64,000 nucleotides of DNA, from the NCBI RefSeq assembly GCF_009914755.1, contig NC_060944.1. One strand, 5' to 3'. The stretch is from the human T2T-CHM13v2.0 reference genome, Homo sapiens. The first letter of the stretch is position 1, and every line of letters starts with the position of its first letter. Shown in pieces: positions 56,046 through 64,000 of the stretch. The notes below the pieces were generated by a model. The model was not told the origin of the DNA, did no database searches, and saw only the letters and a list, made by a program, of their open reading frames with translations. Both the position numbers and the translations under genes were made by a program.

Positions 56046-58999
56046 AACAGTATTTCTCACTGTCTAACACACTACATTATATAATTTGCTTATTTTTTTA
56101 AGCTTATGTTTATTTCCTATTTCCCTTTCTAGAATACAAGCTTCAGAAGGGCAAGAATCTTTGTTTCATTCACTGTTGTATCCTAAATACCTAGAATTGT
56201 CCCTGGGAATAGTAAATAGTACATATTTACTGAACAAATTTTAAGTGATTATTCAACTGAATTGAATTTTGTCTTCTGATGCAGCTTGCTATGGCTGAGA
56301 TGTCCCTTAGATGTCAACTTGTCAAACCCACTCATGTGTATGAAAACACTGAACAGAGCAGAGAAGTGACAGGCAACAAACAGCACAGAGCAGGTTGGTA
56401 TGAGAGTAGCACTGGAGGCTCAGGAGTCTTTTATCTGCAATAGGACAATGATTCTCCTAGCAGATCTGTGACTCCTATGCTCAGGAGGATTACCGAGATA
56501 TCACAGGAGCCTTGATGATCAAAGCAATCCAGCTGTATTCTGGGCTGGACATTGCGGGCTAGCACATTGTGAAATGACTTTTATCAGGCAATATTTTCCA
56601 ATTAACCCTCAGTTAATCAGAAAATAATGTTAACTAGAAGCTAAGCTTTACAGCTTGCTGATTAATATAATTTGGACTAATTGAGGCCAAGGCTAGCCTA
56701 GTTAGATTTCTGGTTGAGATTCAAATGATGAAATAACATGTATTGTTTGTTTTCTCATTATAAAAGCTGTTCATTTCCATGCTAGAAAGTTTGGAAAATA
56801 CAAAAGGGTACAACGAAGAAAGTTTGAAAAGCAACTCACCACACAGGGATGAATGCTTTAAAAGAAATATTAATCTAGAACGAAATGCATGAAAGTAGTC
56901 AAATACACTTGTAATTCTGTCTTCAAATTTCAGATTGCAAGTTCTTACATATGTGTTTCTCAGCATTTGGCTACTTGTCCCTTTTTTTTTTTTTGGTAAG
57001 CCACATATCTCCCTTAATGATATTTGAAATTTTTAATCAAATTGTTATGACTAATGTTGAATATACCATTTCCTTTCTTTCTTTTTTTTTTTTCACCCAA
57101 ACAGCTATTTATTATCCACCTCCCATACTTCCAGTTTCTTTTGGGAGATATGCCACCTGGAGGCTGTTTTCCCAATCCTATGTTGCCTTCCTCACTTTCT
57201 TGCTAATTATTAAAATATAACCCATCCTCTGAAGGCCATGCTGTCTATAGAATCTTGTTTTTTTTTTCTTGGATATATGGCTTGAAAATATTTTCTTTTT
57301 TTAATTATTATTATACTTTAAGTTTTAGGGTACCAAATAACATAATCTTCCTGACATTTGTTCAACAAGCAGGTCTGCATACACACACAGAAAGCATGCT
57401 CACATGCACCCTATGTCCCAGAGACTGGGACCATTCAACCCCCTAGGAAATGAGATCCAGGGATGGGTAGTGATGAGATCATCTTCTTCAACTCTAATTC
57501 GAATATCCTTTCAAGATTTGTAGATGAGAATATGAAAAGTGCTATTTTACTTAGACCGTTTTTGAAATTAAGTGCTAGCTCTCCCAAGCTTGTAATTACT
57601 TACATCCATTGACATAAACATTTTTGTTCTTATAAATATGTCAAACATGCCCCTTGTCACCATGTTTTACACTCTCATAAAGTTTTAGGACCAGATAGGT
57701 CCTGAGAGATCACCTTATCCAAATTCTTCATTCGACTAATAAAGAATTTTAAAACTCAGATAGCAAAATTCTAAAATCAAACAGCTTACTACATTGGAAT
57801 CCAGCTGTCTGCACCCCCAGTTTAGCACAATTTCATGACCTCATACGACTTCAGAAATATTGCTTTGTAAGCTCTTTCTCAGAATATAGTCTGAGGGATA
57901 AACTTAGTCTGCAATATTAAGAATTCCAAATGTGTGGAGTCTGAGCCAATGAGTTTTCTACTGCACACAGCAAAACTGAATCAAGCATAGCTGGGGCACA
58001 CGCTGCATGTGAAGAAAAAAAAAAGAACAAACAACAAAAAAACCACAAATACATATAACTCAGACCATGGTACACAGAAGATACTCAAAAGATATTTTAG
58101 GAAAGAAGGAGGGAAGGGAGAGACAGGAAAGGAAAAGTGAAGAAAGAAATTCTTGTTTTCAAAGCTGGCTGCAGCTGGAGTCTAACTGCAACCAGGAGAG
58201 TTGCAGAATTATTCTTGGAGAGTGAGCTGCTCTTTGGTTCAGAAAAACGTCTTAATGCATTTTCCTTTTATTTTATTTTGCTTTTTGTTTGTAAAACGTG
58301 AGGCCTAATGGGCAGGATTTGAAACAAAAAGAGTGAGATAAAGAAAGCTAAATTGTTCTGCAAAATAAAAGAGGAACGTGGTGCCCTTTGTCTGGATGCT
58401 GAGGGGTGGGGGTGGAGGAAGTTTTGAAGACAGTAAAGAAGACTTTGAGGAGAAATTAGATAGAGACCTGTCAGGAGACCAGAACCTTAGAAGGCCTTAC
58501 CAGCAATGTAGATGGTTAAGGAACTTATAAGAAGAACAACGTTGTATTGAGCTGCTGCCTGTCCTTTACTGCAGTCCTTCTCTATTATTCCCCAAACCTC
58601 GGTAACAACCACTACCTGCAAATCCTTTGTGTTAGGGATGCTTTGGGGAGATGGGAAAGGGATGCCCAGTGCAGGGTGAAGAGATGGTGCAGAAAGAGGG
58701 AACTGTGGTCACTGGAGATGAAGCATTGCCTTCGGGGGATGGGAGCGGGGACCAGAATACCACAGAAGCTTGAGTATGAGACAAGAGGTGACCAAGGGCA
58801 AGCATGCATGCTGGAAATCATTGGCAGGGGAGATGTGCTGGCTTTTCTACAGCATGTGGGATGGGAGCTTGAGCCATTCTGGCATAGTGAATGGAGGTGA
58901 GACTCCAAAGTGCAGAAACGTTGGAGGTAATGAAACTTTGGATAATGAAAGGGGAAGGGGAGAGAAACAAGAGTGAAAAAGGATGTCTTAGAATTATTT

Positions 59000-59166
59000 A
59001 GCATGGTGCTTCTCAAATTTAATGTGTATACAAATCACCTAGTTTCTGGTTAAAATGCAGGTTCTGATTCAGTAGGGAGGGATGGGGCCTGAGATGTTGC
59101 ATTTCCTACACGCTCCCAGGTGATACTGAGGCTGCTGGCCAGGGAGCCATACTTTTTGTAGCAAGG
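59000..59166. mobile_element. MER5A-like MITE about 60 bp downstream of a PTPRT donor
   Basis: cttctcaaatttaatgtg...gttaaaatgcaggttctgattcagtagg...ctcccaggtgatactgaggctgctgg. Confidence 0.8.
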
Positions 59167-59228
59167 CTTTAGTGCCCAAATAAGCCTCTGAAACTATCAG
59201 GAAGTTTCCCCACAGGCTGGTCTCTTAC

Positions 59229-59419
59229 CTCGTATTCCTCCTTGAACCCGTAGCCCTGGCCTCTCTTCATCTGCGTGATGTGCTGCAGCAAGTCAGCCAC
59301 CCGGATGGCGGGTTGGAACTGGTCCCGGGGGTAGCTCATCTCCACAGGGTCACAGGTGCGGTAGGGATGAGTCTGGATCGTGAGGGTGGGCTGGGAAAGC
59401 TCCCCGCGGCTGCCATCTG
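59229..59419 (-). CDS. PTPRT: PTPRT coding exon (191 nt), intracellular juxtamembrane/wedge region: (T)[63 protein letters not shown]
   Basis: The peptide matches RPTPrho as I recall it. Acceptor is TTCGAAG|CAGATG, with a tandem NAGNAG alternative start at 59416. Donor is GAG|GTAAGA, and the exon ends in phase 0, compatible with the next exon. Confidence 0.95.
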
Positions 59420-62400
59420 CTTCGAAAAGAAGGAGGCAGAACAGATCATCACCTATAGAAGCTTTGCCCTTTGTCCTCCCTGTCTCCCCCAGCTTGGCCT
59501 GAGGAGGGCAGAGGGAACCAACTTGGGACTCAACTGATAGGGAAACTGCAAAAGGATTGGAGATACACTCCTTCCCTGGCCTGGCTGTGTTGGTAGATCT
59601 AAGTATCAAACCCACAAGCAAACCAATGACCACAACACATTTCAAGGGCACAGACTGATAAAGTTCCAGGTTGTTCATCATCCCCGTCTGTCTCAGTCCT
59701 TCGTTTAGACTTTGTTGGGCAGAACCACTAAGAAGCTAGGCAGGCTATTTATTGGGAGCCCCCTCCTGTTTCGGAAGCAGAGAGGCTGGAAATAGTGCCT
59801 GATGCCTGTCTGCAGGGGAGGAGAGCCTCAGGTGGCCTCAGGTACTCGAAGATTGGAGTCACATGTATAATTCTGGTCTATTTGCCTGCATGGCTGTGAC
59901 CTGGCTTCTCTACTATTTTTTTTTCCTTTGAGTTTTACCCTGGGAAGAATTGGGGCTAGTCTTGGACTGCCAGAAGCTAGCAGGGACCCTGACCCTCCCA
60001 GCTGCTCTCTCTAGTTATGAGCTCTGCCACAGTGACCACCTTCTTGCTATTGTATAGTTTCCCCATCACTTAATACTATTAATCCAGTGGCATCACTGAA
60101 CCCACTTTGCAGATAGGGAAGCCTGGGCCTCTTCCTTCAGTGCTGCTAGCTACTTTCCCCGGGCCTGGATGCTATGTCTCATCGCCTTCATAAAATCTCT
60201 CCCTGATGTAGGATCTATATTCTCTCTTGATAAAAACCTTTTCATCCAATGAGTTGCTTTAACTGCCTTCTGTCAGTTTGGTCACCCTGAAAACTGATGC
60301 CTGGTCAGATTGGGTTTGAATTCTTCTGTTCCCCTTGGACGACTAGAACCAATTTCTTGCTTACCACCTCCCTGCCAGGCATACATTCTTGATCTCTCAG
60401 GGCCAGTTTACCTTTCCCAGAACCATCTAGGCTTGGTCTTCCCAACCTCCTTCCAAAGACATGGACAGTCTATGCCCCAGACCATCTTGTTTGTGGCATG
60501 CAAGAGATGAGAACTGCCAGCTGCAGCAGTTAATGTGTCTCCCCCAGATGTTTTCAGACCCTGCAAAACACCTATGCAGGTACCCACTCGGCCTATGCCA
60601 TACTCATTCCCTGGGAGGTTTAGCATATATTCCCAATTTTCTGCAACTTGTCTTTTCAAAATCCATGTGCCCTTCAGCTTATTTGCCTGTCATGTTGGAA
60701 TACTCCATCAGACATGGATCCTGTGTGTGAATGCACACTCTACTTCTCGGCAGCAGCATCGGCAAGCCTGTTCCTGGCAAGGAAAGATAATGGAAGGGAA
60801 CACCTGACCTTCCTGCTTTCTAGGTGACCAACTTGTCCCAGTTTGACTGACAATTTTCCAGTTTTAACATTGAAAGTACAGCTGTTGGGAAACCTCTCAG
60901 TCATGGGCACACAGGAATGGTTGGTCACCCTAATGCTTTCACTTATATCTGTGGTTGGAGTAGGGGATAAATTTTTCACTTTGCAGCCTTCTGCCTGCCT
61001 CCACCTACCAAGGGAGGAGAGGCTACTAATCTGACTGGTCTGACTTTGAGACACTGATGGGGTCGTACCTAATTAGTAGGTGGGGTCATCGTAGGCAGAG
61101 TGTGGTCTCTAAAACTTCCTAATTCAGGGTGGTAGGTAAACATCTCCAAAGGAGAGACTGTCCTTTGGGGACCAGCCAAATAACCCCTGGACTGCTTACA
61201 GAAAGATTTCTAAGATTTAGATTTATGCACAAGAAAGAAGGGCCTAGGCAAGTCGTTAGCAAAACCTTCCTGACTGCACAGAGAAATACTGCTTACTTTT
61301 TCTCCCGGGATTTTAGGTAATAGCTAGTACATGTTCACTGGCATTGCTTAAATGTACCACTTGGCAAACATGGGGGTGTTCCCTTTCTCCATCAACCCCT
61401 TGGTTTCATGAGTTCGACTTACTGAGAACCCACTCTGTGCCAAGGACTATGGTAGGCAGTGGCAATGCAGACAGAAATACTGATTCCACCCTCAAGGCTT
61501 GACTGTCTAGCAAGGAAATAGACGAGAAGAATCAACTGAAGAAAAAGGACAGAGCCTGAGAGATGAAGGCACATGTAGTTAAGAACAAGGAGGTTGATAA
61601 GGAGTAAAAGCTGTGGGTAGAAATGTCAGGGGAGGGCAACACTGTAACAGATGGTGCAAGGCAGATCCAGAGACTGTGAATGTGCAAGACCCTTGAAGCC
61701 AGTGTGAACCTGCTGAAGGGTTTTAGGAGGAATCTCCTTCTTTAAAGACTCACACTGTTTCTTGTAGGTGTCCCAGCTGTCATGAATAGCTCTCATCGAA
61801 GGCATCCTTCCAGCGAATATCACTCCTGTGATGGTGTGATTGGAAATGGAGAGGAAGGGAGCACTTGTGTTTGATTCATCTAGAGATGGTACAAAGCTAT
61901 GGCAAGAGCCACAGAGGTATGGATGCTGCATACCTAAAGCTTGGAGTCATGCCATACTCTATGATTTCTATGAAAGGATGAGCTGAGTCAATGCTAGGAG
62001 GCCTGTGAGTATTTCCCACCAAAGCTACCATCAAACATGGGGACAGTTGTCTTCAGAGACCCACAGTCTCCCAGAGGAACTTGGGGCATGGGCTGCATGG
62101 GAGACCAGCTGCCTGGGAAAGACAGGCTTCCTAGGAATGGGAACTTGGCTTTTTATGTGTGTGAGAAATGTCAAATGTTTCCAAAACCAAATAGCTGTCA
62201 ATATGGATATTTTCCCTAAACACATTGCTAGACAGACTGTAAACTTGGTGTCAGCAAAACCAACACTGGAATGGAAAATAAATGCATTGAAATTTAACAA
62301 CTTGTATTGCTGTAACATTTGCAATAATGTCAATGCCAGTGCTAATGATGCTATGAAGACTCAGAACCAAGGGATTTTCAAGGTTTATTAATCCAACGGG

Positions 62401-63436
62401 TTAGACTCCCCTTTCCAAAGTATCTTACCTCACCTATTCCCTTATTAACCTCTGATAATGCAGAAGTGATGTCTTTTATCACACTCCATTTCACCAGACG
62501 CACTATACTTAATTTTCCATCGTTAGGTTTAATGAAAACCCAATTTCACAACTCACTTCTCTCAGGAACCTACAAGTAATGCTACGTTTTTATCAGGCCC
62601 AATTAAAAGACGTTATGATGTTCCTGTTCAAGAGGGAGCCTTAAAACTAATGTGCGATTCTGCTGCTAATTCAACAAGGGCACTGGAATTCACACGCTGC
62701 TCATAAAATGTAACTCACACCAGCTGGCCCAGGGACAGAGGATTTTTCATTTTTTCTCCTCACCAGCCCCTTAATTCTCATGCCTTCTTCTGATTTATGG
62801 GTTTGGTATGTTTATTTATCGTGCAATAATATTTTGGATTTCTTTCACACTTTTTATATAGCTGTTACCTAACCCTGTGAATTCCCCTGCAGTAACTCTT
62901 GTTACTGCCCGCGAGGAGCTTGTGGGATGGGCAGAAGGATTTTGGTGCTGTGTATGAGATTTTGGGTTACTGTCTCACTGATTTCCTCTTTGCTGTCTTC
63001 CTGCTCTCTCCTCCTCTTCCTTGGGATCCTAGATTCATCACCGCTGCTGCCCACCCTTATCCCCTGCCCCACTGCTACCAGCCATATAGATCTCCCTCTA
63101 CCTTTAGTCACATATTTCCATCACTTACTGGGAATTGCCACTCCAACTGGTTAAGAAATATTTAATGAGTACCTATACTGTACAATGCACGTTAGATATT
63201 GTGTTCATACAGCAGGGAGGTATGTTCAGGGAGAAATAAGCAGGCCACAGCCCTTGAAGGAGGGGAGAAGAAAATATAAGGTGTGCGTGAATAAGCCTAA
63301 GATAGGAAGAGACAGGCCCCTAAGAGATGGAAGAAGGATGTGCCATGGGGTTTGGCAATCTGGAAACATTCTCCAAGCATTAGGCATTCATGATCCACCT
63401 CTGTGTCTCTTGCCATAGTTGTGTACCATCTATGTG

Positions 63437-63643
63437 ACAGCTGTCCAATAGAACTTTCCACAACAATGGAAGTGTTCTACATCTATGCTCTGCAATTTGG
63501 TGGCCACTAATCACATGTGGCTACTGAGCGTCTGAAATGTGGCTGATGAGACAGAGGAGCTGAATTTTAAATTTTGTTTAATTTTAATTAATTCAAATAG
63601 AAATATTTACAGGTGGCTTATGTCTACTATATTGGGCAGTGCA
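63437..63643. mobile_element. MER3 (hAT-Charlie)
   Basis: ctgtccaatagaactttc...cacatgtggctactgagc...tattgggcagtgcag. Confidence 0.8.
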
Positions 63644-63711
63644 GATATACAGAAAGAGATAGGGAAAGAAAGAGAGTTCTAGAGTCACACAGTGGGGCAA
63701 AGAGGTCTAGA

Positions 63712-64000
63712 ATAGCACTGGCCAGTGGAAATATATTGCAAGCCATGTATGTAATTTAAGATGGTCTTGTGGCAACATTAAATAAGGCGAAAAAGAACAC
63801 ATGAAAGTAATTTCAATAATACATTTTACCTAACCCCATATGTCTGAAATAATATTTCAACATATAATCACAAAAATTATTAATGCTATATTTTTACATT
63901 CTTTATTCACACAAAAGCTTTGAAATCCAACGTGTATTTTACACTTACAGCACATTTCAATTCAGACTGGCCATATTTCCAGGATTCAACAGACACTGGT
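63712..64000. mobile_element. MER33-like (hAT-Charlie), truncated by the window end
   Basis: gaaatatattgcaagcca...tgtattttacacttacagcacatttcaattcagact. Confidence 0.75.

Overview
Mammalian (primate, Alu-rich; almost certainly human) genomic DNA lying entirely within the PTPRT gene (receptor-type tyrosine phosphatase rho, R2B family), which is on the minus strand. Ten exons with canonical AG/GT boundaries and compatible phases (191, 88, 77, 37, 98, 117, 155, 136, 150 and 174 nt; 59419 down to 16) encode the juxtamembrane/wedge region, the complete catalytic D1 domain (KNRY, WPD, HCSAGAGR, QTEEQY) and the start of the D2 pseudo-phosphatase domain. An in-frame 60-nt cassette exon (13912-13971; HPAEHTVGNATLGRAASPGM) is missed by the ORF track and inserts 20 aa into the D1 E-loop. 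Its acceptor and 5' half lie inside an ancient hAT-Charlie-like DNA transposon, and a sibling copy 5.5 kb away has AA where the exonised copy has AG. The rest is intronic: Alu, L1, L2, MIR, MaLR/ERVL LTRs, MER DNA transposons and microsatellites. There is also a 236-bp locally templated duplication with scrambled repair junctions at 50.5-51.8 kb. Nearly all ORFs in the supplied track are spurious or are fragments of these exons. Repeat family names and boundaries come from recall of consensus sequences and are approximate.
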